From positions 33,744,843-33,808,842 of the forward strand of contig NC_068983.1 of assembly GCF_001194135.2 (NCBI RefSeq): DNA of 64,000 bases, in the 5' to 3' direction. Position 1 is the first letter of the stretch. Each line of letters begins with the position of its first letter. Position numbers and translations under genes: made by a program. Under the pieces are notes generated by a model. It was given only the letters and a program-made list of their open reading frames with translations, was not told the origin of the DNA and ran no database searches. Below are positions 1 through 13,560 of this stretch, piece after piece. The stretch is from Octopus bimaculoides (lineage: Eukaryota).

Positions 1-223
1 CAGACGTAAAATTAATAGTTATTGTTGACTTAAAACTTTTAAACTTGTTTGGAAGAATCCAGTTTGTACAAATTGAACAAAGAACGAGAGCAGAAAATTA
101 ATTAAAATGTAGCGTGAAATAAAGAAATAACGAAATCGCTGAAGGGAGACAATCGGTATTTTTAGAATTTTCACAGTGATTGATTTATGAAATCGATTTT
201 ATACAAGCACATACATGTATATA

Positions 224-271
<48 letters not shown>

Positions 272-1069
272 NNNNNNNNNNNNNNNNNNNNNNNNNNNNN
301 NNNNNNNNNNNNNNNNNNNNNNNNNNNNNNNNNNNNNNNNNNNNNNNNNNNNNNNNNNNNNNNNNNNNNNNNNNNNNNNNNNNNNNNNNNNNNNNNNNNN
401 NNNNNNNNNNNNNNNNNNNNNNNNNNNNNNNNNNNNNNNNNNNNNNNNNNNNNNNNNNNNNNNNNNNNNNNNNNNNNNNNNNNNNNNNNNNNNNNNNNNN
501 NNNNNNNNNNNNNNNNNNNNNNNNNNNNNNNNNNNNNNNNNNNNNNNNNNNNNNNNNNNNNNNNNNNNNNNNNNNNNNNNNNNNNNNNNNNNNNNNNNNN
601 NNNNNNNNNNNNNNNNNNNNNNNNNNNNNNNNNNNNNNNNNNNNNNNNNNNNNNNNNNNNNNNNNNNNNNNNNNNNNNNNNNNNNNNNNNNNNNNNNNNN
701 NNNNNNNNNNNNNNNNNNNNNNNNNNNNNNNNNNNNNNNNNNNNNNNNNNNNNNNNNNNNNNNNNNNNNNNNNNNNNNNNNNNNNNNNNNNNNNNNNNNN
801 NNNNNNNNNNNNNNNNNNNNNNNNNNNNNNNNNNNNNNNNNNNNNNNNNNNNNNNNNNNNNNNNNNNNNNNNNNNNNNNNNNNNNNNNNNNNNNNNNNNN
901 NNNNNNNNNNNNNNNNNNNNNNNNNNNNNNNNNNNNNNNNNNNNNNNNNNNNNNNNNNNNNNNNNNNNNNNNNNNNNNNNNNNNNNNNNNNNNNNNNNNN
1001 NNNNNNNNNATATATATTTATATATGTGTGTGTGTGTGTGTGTGTGAGTGTGTGTGTGTGTGTGCGTGT

Positions 1070-1928
1070 ATGTGTATGTCTGTGTGAATATGTATGCTTA
1101 TGAAGGAGAGATAATACAGAAACTGAGATGAGAGCAAGAAGAAAAAGACGAACAAAGCTAACAATAGCAAACAGGGTGAGGAGTGGTCTATATTTCTTTT
1201 TTGTTTGATATCTGAATAACTGTCACAATATTTTTCAAGGTTAAAAAATTTTTTTTTTATTTTTCTATACTTCTGCTTTAATATTACTCTTTCTTTACTT
1301 TTCGTCTATTCCTTCCCTCGTGGTGGAACAAATTTTGCAAAAGACTGAACTATTTTTGGTCGGCTTAATTTGTTTTACATGCTAAAACTTGAGGGCAATA
1401 ATTCACTAGAGACTATAACATTTGCAGAAGAAGAAAAGATAAGGGGAATATACAGATGTACAAAAAAAGAGAGAAAAATACAGAAAATGATCGATATTTC
1501 AACATAATAAAGTTCAACATCTTAATTATATCTGTAGTTTTCGTCAAAGAAAAATGCTAGACCGTGAAGATTTTTCCATTTCAGACATCGTGCGAATTTA
1601 TTCACATTAATAAGAACTAAAATAATGTTTGAGATTAAATGGATATGTTTTCCTCACATCTTTTTTACATATGTATGTACATGCATGCATACATACACGC
1701 ACGTATATACATATGCATACTCACACGTGTGTATATATTCATACAATCACTCCTATAATATATATCTACTTTTATAAATAAATATATATATACGGATATA
1801 TGTGTGTATATATATCTATATATGCGTGTGTGTGTGTGTGTGTATTGTGTGTTTATGTGTGTACGTGTATGTCTGGGAGGATATGTATGTCTATTTAGGA
1901 GAGATATTACAGAAACTGAGATGGGAGT
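1070..1928 (+). repeat. ~65-bp degenerate direct repeat pair (about 1070-1135 and 1860-1928)
   Basis: ggagagataatacagaaactgagatgagag versus ggagagatattacagaaactgagatgggag, each preceded by similar gtatgtctg...atatgtatg sequence. Confidence 0.6.
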
Positions 1929-1969
1929 GAATTCTCCCCCTGTCTATATATATAATTATATACATATTT

Positions 1970-2020
<51 letters not shown>

Positions 2021-2114
2021 NNNNNNNNNNNNNNNNNNNNNNNNNNNNNNNNNNNNNNNNNNNNNNNNNNNNNNNNNNNNNNNNNNNNNNNNNNNNNNNN
2101 NNNNNNNNNNNNNN

Positions 2115-2310
2115 TATAAGCCATTTAAAATAACACACAAAATTCGTTAGATTCACTTCAACATTTAAATTTAATTTGTCGAAATATTTTCGTCGCTTTG
2201 AGACCGCGACCTGTTCACTGACAAAATTCTGTGCTGCACAGTGAATCTAACGAATTTTGTGTGTTATTTTAAATGGCTTATAAACACCTTCCACGCTGCA
2301 ATTGTTTATA
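2115..2310. mobile_element. Short foldback element in (TA)n, probably an inverted Penelope-like terminal (pLTR) unit
   Basis: Perfect 43-bp inverted arms tataagccatttaaaataacacacaaaattcgttagattcact at 2115-2157 and 2240-2282. The loop holds a hammerhead-like fold, the right end runs into (TA)n and the left end is lost in the gap. The PLE assignment is inference. Confidence 0.75.
2175..2225 (-). ncRNA. Minimal type I hammerhead-like motif with G3-C8 core
   Basis: Minus strand reads UUUGUCA GUGAACA G GUCGC-GGUCUCAAA-GCGAC GAAA AUAUU U CGACAAA. Stem I has 6 bp plus one A.C mismatch, stem II has 5 bp, and stem III is the palindrome AAUAUU. Confidence 0.55.
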
Positions 2311-2904
2311 TATATATATGGATATACATAAATGCATATATATCCATACAAACGCACCGATAACACACACACACACACGCACACACACAATCTAAGAGAA
2401 ACAAATCTGTGGGACGCTCCGTTAGTTTGTCTGTAGACAATAAAATTAGAAACTTCAACAGAAATTATATCCTATATCGAAATACAGTAACAAGCTTTCC
2501 ACACCACTGTCTATTTGTCTGTCTCCGTCTCTCTGTCTCTGTCTCCCTGTCTTTCTCGATTCTCTGTCTTATATTTCTTTGAATCCCCCTGTGTTTGTGT
2601 GAACTTATTAATGCATTTTGTATGTAAATTATACATGAATTCCCTGAGAAAGCTACCAGAAAATAATAAAATTGCTCACAGATAAGCATTCGTACACATA
2701 TACAGCAATGTGTGTGTATATATGTGGCTGTCTGTCTGACTGTCCTTCCCTCCACCCGTCTATCTATCTATCTGTCTATCTAACTACTTAATTGTGTTTT
2801 CAGAAAACATATAGTTATACACATACGCACAAGCACACACACACAGACACACACACACACAAACACACACGCACGCACGCACGCACGTACACACACACAC
2901 ACAT

Positions 2905-2980
2905 ACATATTCTTTACTTATTCCAGGCATTAGACCGCGGTTATGCTGGAGCTTTGCCTGAATAATGTTTAGTCGAATAT
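2905..2980 (-). mobile_element. SINE family C, 3' fragment
   Basis: gcggttatgctggagc...tttagtcgaa resembles 9775-9830, and its tttagtcgaa end matches the reverse complement of the 63542-63884 copy near its 3' end. Confidence 0.55.
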
Positions 2981-3019
2981 GTATAGAGGATGGAGCCATA
3001 TTTGCTCGATCGATCTAGG

Positions 3020-4252
3020 ATTACATAAAAAGATCATGAACCGGATTTTCTCGTCAACCTACAGACTAGGCTGATTAGTCCTTGCAAATTGGATATTGGC
3101 CGCATAAGTAAAACAAATTATACACAAAATACCCCCTATTCTCAAGAAGGTTGAACAACTGGATCTCTGGTCCGACACTACGGTATGTTTAGTAAGTTAC
3201 CTCATAAAGTACACACTGAGTTCTTACAGACTGATATAAACTCGTGCTACTCTTCTGTTAATCTAATACTCATAAATATGGCTCTCATCTTTGCCATGAA
3301 CAAAGCGTCTTTATTTAGGAAGGAAGTTGATATAATTTTAACAGGTAGGAGAATCTTAATAATCTTCAGCGACCAACTATGGACTCATAAAGATAGGACA
3401 GAGAATTTTGATTATAACAATAAGTGCATGTGCCTCGGTCCAAGTCACTGACTTGTTTGTTTCGTCCCTATTGCAGCTATTAAAGTCTGACTTTCCTGAA
3501 ATAGGAGGTGATCTATATAGGGACAATGCTTTATTCACTTCCTTCAAATATAGCAAGGTAGAACTTGAGAAAACGAGCAAGAGGATTCGAAGCCTAATCA
3601 GTAACTATGGGCTCTCACCTATTACAGACAGAAACCATAAGATAGCAAACTTGTTGTTACGTTGACCCTCAACACAGGTTGTGTACTTCTTATCAAAAAC
3701 CATTGATAACTTGTAGTAGTAAACAGATACTTCAGCCAACCCATGGCGGTAGGAACATCAATCGTAAATACCGTTTCCACAAGAATATCGAAGCTACCTT
3801 CGAATAGAGACACCTATATACAGAACGCCCAGTACTATAGTGAAGGATTGGTTAGGGGCTGGGTACATAAATATCTCATGCATAGCGGGGGACGCCCTGG
3901 TTCCCATTATTAATCACCTCTTGACACATCGAGACTCGGAGTTAAATAGGCAAAATCATACACCAGGTAGCACGCATTTACACCCCTAAGGAAGTTGGAT
4001 AGGTACACAACGCTCCACAAATGAGGTCAATAAGAACTAAGACCCTAATGAAAAACTTGTCCAGCAACGCCTTAAGAGAAAGCACAAGAATACACCAGTA
4101 AGCAAGGCCTTATTCGGTGCTCTGATCCGCCACACAGAAAACGGAATAACTAGACACGCGAGTGGAATATAATATGGTTCAACCTTCTTTTTGTATTGAA
4201 CATTGCATCCGACATACCTGGCATTTTCTTTAGAGCACTAGACAAGCACTTC
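3020..4252 (+). mobile_element. Decayed Penelope-like retroelement, RT region
   Basis: Frameshifted PLE RT motifs: KDHEPDF..RLISPCKLDIGRISK, FLQTDINSCYSSV, WTHKDRTENFD(ITISACASVQVTDL), DLYRDNAL, RISKLPSN..YYSEGLVRAGY, NIIWFNLLF..FFRALDKHF. These match the recalled FDVTMGSYDGAE/GLYRDDGL/IIWFNPP family. Confidence 0.9.
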
Positions 4253-4583
4253 AATTATTAAACATAAATAAGTCTTGGAATTAAATGGTTTTGATTTACT
4301 GTCAGGTGACCTTTGGCCAACCTGTATATATGTAATCATGTGTATGTGGGTGTGTGTGTATGTGTGTATGTGTGTGGCAGTGCATATATATACATATATA
4401 CATGCATACATATATATATAAGCATATATATATATGCATATATAATATAGATATGTATGTATATATANNNNNNNNNNNNNNNNNNNNNNNNNNNNNNNNN
4501 NNNNNNNNNNNNNNNNNNNNNNNNNNNNNNNNNNNNNNNNNNNNNNNNNNNNNNNNNNNNNNNNNNNNNNNNNNNNNNNNNNN

Positions 4584-4618
<35 letters not shown>

Positions 4619-5129
4619 TATATATACATATATACATATACATATATACATATATACATATATATGCATATATATATACACATATATACATATATACATA
4701 ATTACATACACATATATATGCATGTGTGTGTGTATTTATATAAATAAGATCTAGGGTTCGAGGTGTAGGAAGGAAGGTAGCTTCAAGTAATCCGTAGTAA
4801 ATATTAAAAAAAAACAAGTTTTAGGTACAACAGTGGTTTATCTACTCCATTCCTTAACTATTGTGTGTATATATATGTATATATATATATATTTTTTCAA
4901 TGTATATATGTATATATGTATGTGTGTGTGTGTGTATGCATGTATGACTAATCATTTCACTGTCTGTACATTTTATTTGTTTAGCCAAATTTGTTATAAC
5001 TTAGTTTATTATTCTCCTGACCACTCTTTAATTAAACTCTAAATTCATAAATTCTGCTTTAACTTTTTGGGACACAGCCCTCTATTAGATGCCTCCTCTT
5101 TCTCTTTTTCTGCTTATCTTTGCTTCTCT

Positions 5130-5240
5130 TTTCCTTTGCCTACACTCTCTACGCTCACAAAATAAGTCTGCTAGCTGGGAGGGGATTTATGCTGCCCTAC
5201 CATTAACCACAGAATTCCCCTGCTGCAGACATCGCAAATA
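5130..5240 (+). mobile_element. Possible C-terminal end of a PLE GIY-YIG domain
   Basis: LCLH...EFPCCRHRKY resembles the CxLC...ELxxxCRH end of this PLE family and may be the separated tail of the 3020-4252 element. Confidence 0.3.
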
Positions 5241-5462
5241 TTCTCATTATGTGATTCCTGGGCAATTTCCAAGTTATCTGTTAAACAGCTTCTTTTCACT
5301 TTCAGTTGTTGCTGATGAATATCTTCTACTGGTCAAATTAAATTTCACCCATCAAACGAATTTCGGTATCAGTGGAACTGCTTGCACTGACCGACCACAA
5401 GCATACGCCAAGATAAACTGTTTTGTTGTATATAGCCCTAGCTAATCTATCTATGTTGTTTA

Positions 5463-5612
5463 GCTTCTTCTTCTTCTTCTTCTTCTTCTTCTTCTTCTTC
5501 TTCTTCTTCTTCTTCTTCTTCTTCTTCTTCTTCTTCTTCTTCTTCTTCTTCTTCTTCTTCTTCTTTCTCTTCTTCTTCTTCTTTTTCTTCTTCTTTTTCT
5601 TCTTCTTCTTCT
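5463..5612. repeat. (TTC)n microsatellite
   Basis: Long near-perfect TTC array, the source of the poly-F and poly-R ORFs. Confidence 0.98.
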
Positions 5613-7380
5613 TACAGAATCTCTACCACACTTACCACACATCCACACTTTTACTTTTTTTTTGGTCCTTCCCGATATAAGCCAAAAACAAGGTCTGGAA
5701 GAGGCACAATCTGACAACACACCTTCGATGCATATCTGATGAAGTGCCTTTTTAATATTTGAAATCATAAACATTACGTAAATTTTCACTTCGAATATTT
5801 GCATAAACTAGCGTTGCAAACAAAGTTGGTACAGAAACAATTGTAACGAATGATTAAAGATGTATAAAGAATTTTCTGTCGCTAAAGCCTCTTTACAGTG
5901 TAATAGTTATGACACTTGTATTTTCTACACCTGAGGAATCCCAGGTTTGTCCTGGAACCCGACAGTGTTGACAGCCTAATATTCGAGTTGAGTGACTCTC
6001 TGCAAATTCGCTAACTCCACACCCTACCCGACTACCAGTGCATCATATATGTGTATATATATGTGTGTGTATCTGTGTGCGGTCGAGAAGTAGACTCCTT
6101 CCCAAGAAAGTCACATCTGTGCCTATGTATGTGTGTGTGTATGTGTGTTTACTCGATCCTTCGTTGCTTATGTGTGAATGCGTATTAGTTATTCTGTATG
6201 AAACATTAAAGATTGCACAAACAATACACATGTGATACAATATGCAGGAAAACGTGTCACAGAAATTTCAAGACATTCCGGTTAATGTATTTCTCTTCAA
6301 ATTAAACACTATAGTACATATGTTAATGTACTATAGGAACGTTGAATATTGTCAATTATAAGTTAAATATCAGCAGCCAATTTTGTCATCAAGTATTATT
6401 TAAACTCAATTAAAATACGTAAATCCTATTCGTTATATAGACAAATGAATATATTTCACAGATATGAGTTCAGGTTAGGACATAAGAATGCTTACACAAC
6501 ATATTGCTTTCATTCAAAAGTCATTGGTTTAGTTCTATGATCAATCATTCTTGTTTAAATACTTAAAGAAAGTGTCTTCGAATTTTGTTTACCTGCCTGA
6601 AGTGTTGCTAAGTTTCAGATGACATTTCCTAGGTACGATATATTCTTGTGAAATATTCAAATATCTTAGGTAAACTACTGCAAAAATTCCATCTTCATAT
6701 GCGCACGGACCCTGAATGAAACTATTTCCAGAAACCGCACACGTAAACTTCAATCAAGGAGATATCTTCATGCCACATTAACAGATTATGGGAAGCTACA
6801 GTCAAAGACATAATATTACAGCATCAAATCGCATCAACTCTGCACTTGATTCTCGACATCTCTTAATACTCTTCTTTTGTGGATTACTGTCTCGACAAAA
6901 TTCTACAGGTCAAATTCGAAGTACACATGTTTACTTTTATACATACCATTCATTTATGCACCCATTGACTTTCGGTTACATGATTTACACATTTACGTAT
7001 ATTTGTTTTTGTCATTATTTCCGCAAATAAGATTTGTGAAAGATGAAATTTATACGAGAAAGAAAACCTGAGGTATTGTTGCATGTGGTCAAGTAATTCT
7101 GATCTGTGTATGGTATTTTACCATAAAGAAAATACTTTGCGTTATCTTTGTCCAACTAATAACTGAGTTTCAATCAGATATATTGGTCGATGTGAAATTT
7201 GAGGTTTCATGGTTTCAATAAATTTGAAATTGTTAGTTGTAAACAGAAATAAAATAATTTTAAATATGTTTCAACAGTTATTATTAAAGTGTTCAGCATT
7301 TATTAATGTTAGATGAATGCAAATTCAGATCCAGGTGAGTGCGAATTACCAATCCAGGCATTATTCGTTCATCTTGATGT

Positions 7381-7452
7381 ACACACATACACACACACAC
7401 ACACACGCACACGCACACACACACACACATACACACACACGCACAAACAAAA

Positions 7453-7513
<61 letters not shown>

Positions 7514-7535
7514 AACACACACGCACACACACACA
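7381..7535. repeat. (CA)n compound microsatellite
   Basis: Direct inspection. It represents many similar (CA)n/(TG)n/(TA)n/(TACA)n tracts across the window. Confidence 0.95.
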
Positions 7536-9247
7536 GATGCTCATGTGATTATAAAAAAGAGTATAAAGTACACTAGCCGAGGGTTATATGTACTTTCAAC
7601 AACACCAAAAAAAAAAAAAAAAGAAACCGTCAAGTTTGTGGAAAGTCTGTCAAAATATTCCAAGAATTTTTCTCGAAAGAATTAAACGATCCGGATAAGT
7701 AAGGTCTGATGCACATTGACTCCTATTTTATTTTTGTTAGATATATTTCTGGCACAAACCTAGTACCTATAATCTATGACAAAAGTGGTAAAACCTTATA
7801 TGAAGCAACAAATTTCTTCACAATATTCGATTATTTTCGTTCTTCTTTTGGAAAAGTGGACTTTATGTATAAATATTGTAAATTTATTAAAAACAAATAA
7901 CAGAATATATTTTCTCTTCCATATTTCGCCTAACATTTTTCGTGCAAAGCACAACGGTTTTCTCAAGCAATCATACGACTCATTATGATATGACATGTCT
8001 GCATATATATGTTTGTGTCTGTGTGTGTCTGTGTACACCATTCTCTCTTTCTCTTTCTCTTTCTCCCTCTCTCTCTACATAGAGTGATCGGGAGAGAGAA
8101 AGTGAGAGAGAGAGGGAGAGGAAAAGAATAAAAAAAAATTGTGTAAAACCCTTATAGTATGCTATACAAAGCCCGTACACATTTATTAGCAACAGAATGT
8201 CACGATACACTAGATATACATCTGGAATTCTGAAATTCCATGGAATACTTAGAGTTTATACAAGAGAAAACGGATTGAACGACATTCTTATATTCATATC
8301 ACACATGTAAAGCATTCGTGAGATAATATAATTAACATATATCATAAATCTAAAGTACTCCTTTCCTGCTACAACTAAACATTTGGCTTCCTCCAGTACC
8401 AGAATCTGTCAGTATAGGAAGTTAAATTATGTTTGTCTAGTTTGTATATGCTTTTCTGTAATAAATCCTTTACAAGTAGGTAGTTGACAAGCGCGAAAAT
8501 GGTCAGTCCTTATCACTTTACGACAGTATTATCTCTAAATGCTTAATGTCATTTTTTATTTTGTGATTTTTTTCTTCCAAATAATCTGATTATGAAGATA
8601 GAATTGTACATTGAGAACTGACGTTCCCAAACCGTCAAATGTCTTCTTTCAAATTTCATAATTTCTTTTCTTTTTCTGTTTGAAATATTTACACGTTTAT
8701 TCGCCGTATGTTCTCTCTACAGTAAAACAATGAAATAAACCTACAAGTGTTGAAGAGAAACTGCTGAGAACTATGCAAACAGTATAAGAGTGGGAAATAC
8801 GTCTTTCTTTCTGATTAATCTGAATAACGATTTTAAGAAACATAACTTGTGAATGAAGTTGAAGTGTAGTGAATGGTTTAGTACAATTAATGTTTACTTT
8901 CCTATGAAGCATCGACGAACATTTATTATTATCGTAGTAGGCATTATAATCTTAATGGGTGTTGAATTAAGCTATTAGCTGTGAAGTGTGAGTGTGTCAC
9001 TCTATTAAATTACTGTCTTGAGTCATGTTTCTTATATAAAGTGGCATTAGTATCATCGCTGTTATTTTTTTTTCTTTCAACAGAGATTTTCAATCAACAT
9101 ACGAAATACACACACTAAATATACAGATTTATTTTCAATTTTTTTTTCAATCTTTTTCATGTCTCATAGAGAACGCCATTTCAAAATACATGACATATAT
9201 GTATGTATCTATGAATGTACGTATGTATGTGTATGAATGTACTTGTG

Positions 9248-9294
<47 letters not shown>

Positions 9295-9324
9295 NNNNNN
9301 NNNNNNNNNNNNNTATATATATTA

Positions 9325-9518
9325 TGATTGACCGTTGACTGAACACTATTCAATTTTTTTCTCCGTGTTTTTCTCCTTGTCTCCGTATTCTTTCTGTTGA
9401 AGAGCGTAGCTCGAAACGTCAAAGACTTTCCGTATTCCCGAGCGTCATACTAATATATACTTTTGTTATTTACACCACCTGTCCTCGTCTGTTGTTATTT
9501 TTTGTATATTCTCCCATA
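9325..9518 (+). mobile_element. ~195-bp unit embedded in (TA)n, solo PLE-terminus or retrozyme-like
   Basis: Flanked by (TA)n on both sides and contains a hammerhead-like motif at 9389-9425. Classification is inference. Confidence 0.55.
9389..9425 (+). ncRNA. Minimal type I hammerhead-like motif with A6U core
   Basis: UCUUU CUGUUGA A GAGC-GUA-GCUC GAAAC GUC AAAGA. Stem I has 5 bp, stem II has 4 bp, stem III is the palindrome ACGU and the cleavage triplet is GUC. Confidence 0.6.
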
Positions 9519-9774
9519 TATATATATATATATATATTCTATATACTGAAAACACAGTCACAACCATCTAGATAAAAAATATATGGCATAAACACATATG
9601 CAAGTACAGGCATATTCATAAACTTTTTCGACGAAAAAGAAAATAGTCTCCAGTAGCTTCAGACATCTTTGTATTTGGCCAATTATATAGATTCAATGAA
9701 TTTTAATTCCGGTCAACTAAATGAAATTTATACATAAATAATTTATGTATGCGTCTTTGTTTTATCTCTTTTAT

Positions 9775-10097
9775 GAGTGACTGGACTGTAGCCATTCTGG
9801 TGCACCGAATTAAAAGGTTTAGTCGAACAAATCTATCGCAAGGCTTTTTTTTTCAGCCCAGTACTTATTCTATCGGTGCTTAACTGAACTGCTAGATTAC
9901 ACTGGTTGTTCAGTGTGGTTGTTGGCGAGGTAGTGGGGGGGGGGGGGGGTGCAAACGCAAAGGCATATGCATACGTAAATACATAAATGTGTGTGTGTAT
10001 ATGTGTGTGTGTGCGTGCGCCGTGGTTCTCTCAGAAACCGTTTACCGAAAGGATTTGCAGTTCTGAGGCCGGCCCGAAGCAATAGAAGCACTTGCCT
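9775..10097 (-). mobile_element. SINE family C, 5'-truncated, with internal microsatellite
   Basis: cagtacttattctatcgg, tttagtcgaacaaat and cacttgcc are homologous to the reverse complement of 63542-63884. Confidence 0.75.
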
Positions 10098-10135
10098 CTG
10101 ATATTACTTCTTACCAAAAAGCATAACTCGCGCCT

Positions 10136-10185
<50 letters not shown>

Positions 10186-10212
10186 CTGTATATACATACA
10201 CCCCAACCACAC

Positions 10213-10258
<46 letters not shown>

Positions 10259-10709
10259 GCACGTACATATTATTAAATCTCAACAGTGTTAATATAGCAT
10301 AATACAAACATATTTTATAAGTGAGACAAAAAAACAAAAAGAAAAAAACAGAAACGTCTTCAAGTATTCACAGAGAAGATTATTCGTAGAAGAAAACCAT
10401 TTAGTCAGAAACATCATTATAAATATTTTTGATTATGAGGGGTTTTGTACTCGTCTGACTGGTATATAAAAAGAAATAGATTAAATCATGACAATATTTA
10501 TTAATAGGACGCTATCTGAGAAAGAAGATCCCAATCAGATATAGCAAAGAATCTTTCGGTGTCTCTGTCCCGTTGAGTCTGTCTGCCTGTCTCTTTAACG
10601 CTTCGTCTATCAATCTATCAATCAAAACTCCCAGGCAAAATATCTGTTGTATACATATAAGTATATATAGACATACAATATATATATATGTGTGTGTGTG
10701 AGTGTGTGT

Positions 10710-10741
<32 letters not shown>

Positions 10742-12248
10742 AACAACTACGTGTGCATAGAGACAAACTTAATTAAAACCCTGATACTTAATTCATTTAT
10801 ATGCTTATATATGGTGTATGATATTAAAAAGAGCCAAAGAATGTCTTTGACACAAACGAATTTGGATTAATATTATTTGAGATATATAGAAATATATTTC
10901 GATAGATGTAGATTCTATTTACTTAATTATTTTTGTCAGTTCTAATTTTTAAAAATTGTACTTGTTATGTAGTTGAAACGTTAACGCTTACGCTCCAAAA
11001 CATAGTTATTTGAATCAATTTTTTTTTTTTTACAATCTGGCACGGAATTTCATGTTTTTTTTTTAAACCAAAACCCGAAGAGACTGATATACGTGAATAT
11101 GAATTGTTTATAGATCAAATGATGTATATAAGTCGAAACAAATTGTTGTTTTTTTTGTTCTTGAATAATTTTTAACGTTATCCTGTACTATATTATATTC
11201 ATTGAATGTTATGTTATATTTTAATNNNNNNNNNNNNNNNNNNNNNNNNNNNNNNNNNNNNNNNNNNNNNNNNNNNNNNNNNNNNNNNNNNNNNNNNNNN
11301 NNNNNNNNNNNNNNNNNNNNNNNNNNNNNNNNNNNNNNNNNNNNNNNNNNNNNNNNNNNNNNNNNNNNNNNNNNNNNNNNNNNNNNNNNNNNNNNNNNNN
11401 NNNNNNNNNNNNNNNNNNNNNNNNNNNNNNNNNNNNNNNNNNNNNNNNNNNNNNNNNNNNNNNNNNNNNNNNNNNNNNNNNNNNNNNNNNNNNNNNNNNN
11501 NNNNNNNNNNNNNNNNNNNNNNNNNNNNNNNNNNNNNNNNNNNNNNNNTAGAGAGATAGATAGATAGAGAAAGAGAGAGACAGAGAGGCAATTATGCGGA
11601 TAAACAAATTAAATGAATTAAATATATCAAATACAGTAATTTGGGTTTGAAATACAAAATATGTTTATATGTATACGTGCAAAACGAAAAAAGCAAACGA
11701 TAGAGACTTTCAGATGATTAATTTTTGAGTTTAAATATATAGATATTTATATTATAGGTCCAACTTACACCGAGGACAAACAACAGAGAAAATTAAAGAG
11801 GTGGAGGAAAGGTGTGATAAATCTAACGGCTGTTTCCGTGGGCTCGATGAACCATAATAATTTTTATAGATTTACTTCAAAATATGCGGCCGTATGAATG
11901 CAGTAAACATTGGATGAGACAAGCGTTCGTTATGAGGGTATAGACAATCTTTCATTTCGGATCTGAAAAGCACAAATAAGTTTGGTTGATAATATTCCGT
12001 TCACACGGGCGGATAGCACTTTTGTTCACGTGATTTCGATGGATCATCTGCAACAGGCAGTGAGACACCAAGTGCGTGTCCGGAACTTAGCTAAACCAAT
12101 ACAGTTTAGCGTAGGCTAAATTACAAGTGATGTCAAGAAAAGCTGGTAGGCTGTGTATAAATTAGTTATTAGCGATGGAATTTGTCTTTGTTATGAATAT
12201 TAATTAGCACATCAAACCTAACTTGGATGTGCTGCTATAACGCCTAGT

Positions 12249-12410
12249 ACTGCGGTAACCCTCCCGAGGAATCATCTCGTGCAGACGACAAATGCTAAAA
12301 TGCACAGATCATATTCGCCAGTTCTGATGAAGTATCCTCAGTTGATATTATCTGTACTTTTTATCCTTTTTCGTCTGCACGAGATGATTTCTTGGGACAA
12401 TTACCGCAGT
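12249..12410. mobile_element. 162-bp MITE/foldback
   Basis: Inverted arms at 12249-12288 and 12371-12410 share actgcggtaa and a perfect aatcatctcgtgcagacga. Confidence 0.75.
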
Positions 12411-12809
12411 CATTGGTGTTATACGCAATATATTCAAGGTAGTTTGAATGTACTAATTAATATTTCTTACACAGGCTGCATATTTCATCGCGGGATTCTT
12501 AGAATAGTTATCTGATATTTTACATGCTCCTCTCTCTTTGTCCTAAGAAAAATATACAAGTTGATTTTGGCTCGCCTCCAATTTATGTTGGCCATTCATC
12601 AAAAGAAGCCTATCCCATACTCCTCTGCCTTCCTATACCTTACTACTGTTATCAATTTTCTTAGCAATGAACACTATGCTGAGAATAAAACTTTATTAAT
12701 CTGCTTCAACACGCCAGAGCAATCACATGATATGCATATTATTCTAGCCATTATAACTAAATTCTAGTTTGTTCTATTTGAAATCATTGATCTCGAATCA
12801 CTGTGTATG

Positions 12810-13560
12810 AAGCGGTTTCCCATGTTCTAATGGAGCGAGCAACACAGCATTGTCAACCTCACTTGAGCTTTGCAGATTATCAACGGTTGTTGGGGTGTAG
12901 ACAATTTTCTGGCTCTGGAAATCAGGGCTAGCTTCAGCTATGCGCTGTCACCTATGTTAAAATGTGAAATTTCCAAGAGATATCTTCAGAGATTGTTAGA
13001 TTTAAGACTGGAAACGAGTACATGCGCAACGCATGTACCAGGCTGAGTAATGCAATTTCATTTTCTTAATATGAATAGAACTTACACGGTTTTTGCTGTT
13101 TTTGCAATTGGATTGAACTCGACTGGAACGGTCGCTCTTGAGGATGTTTTTGAATTCATTGCAGGTTTAGTGTGTATAATCTATCGTTTGGATGATGCGT
13201 GACTGTGAAATTTTAGAAGAGAATACAGCGTTTAGAAAGGAATAAAGGGTTATATAAAAGTAAAAGTTTAGGGGGAAATGCTTGACTCCTAAGGCACAGC
13301 AAACATAATTGAGAATTCTTGAGAAGGAGCTCATTTAATCCGCGCGACGATGATGCGATCTAATAAGAATACATCTATTCAACAGAGGGGAGATGCATAG
13401 AGCTTGTGGGTGGGAATTTTCGGCAAGAGTTTCCCATGATAGATTCCGTAGAATCCTTTTTACGATGTTTAGCTTCACCAAAATATCTTCGCAGAATGTC
13501 TTTAATACGAAGGGTGAGTCCATAGCGGATCTTGCTTTCTAGAAGCTGGTGATCATTTAC
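12810..13560 (-). mobile_element. Decayed CR1-like LINE reverse transcriptase fragment
   Basis: Broken frames give AVP*ESSISP*TF (GVPQGSVLSP), LTISEDISWKFHI (LGLTISxDLSWxxHI) and RARKLSTPQQPLIICKAQVRLTMLCCS (LYKAQVRPxMEYCS). Confidence 0.8.
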
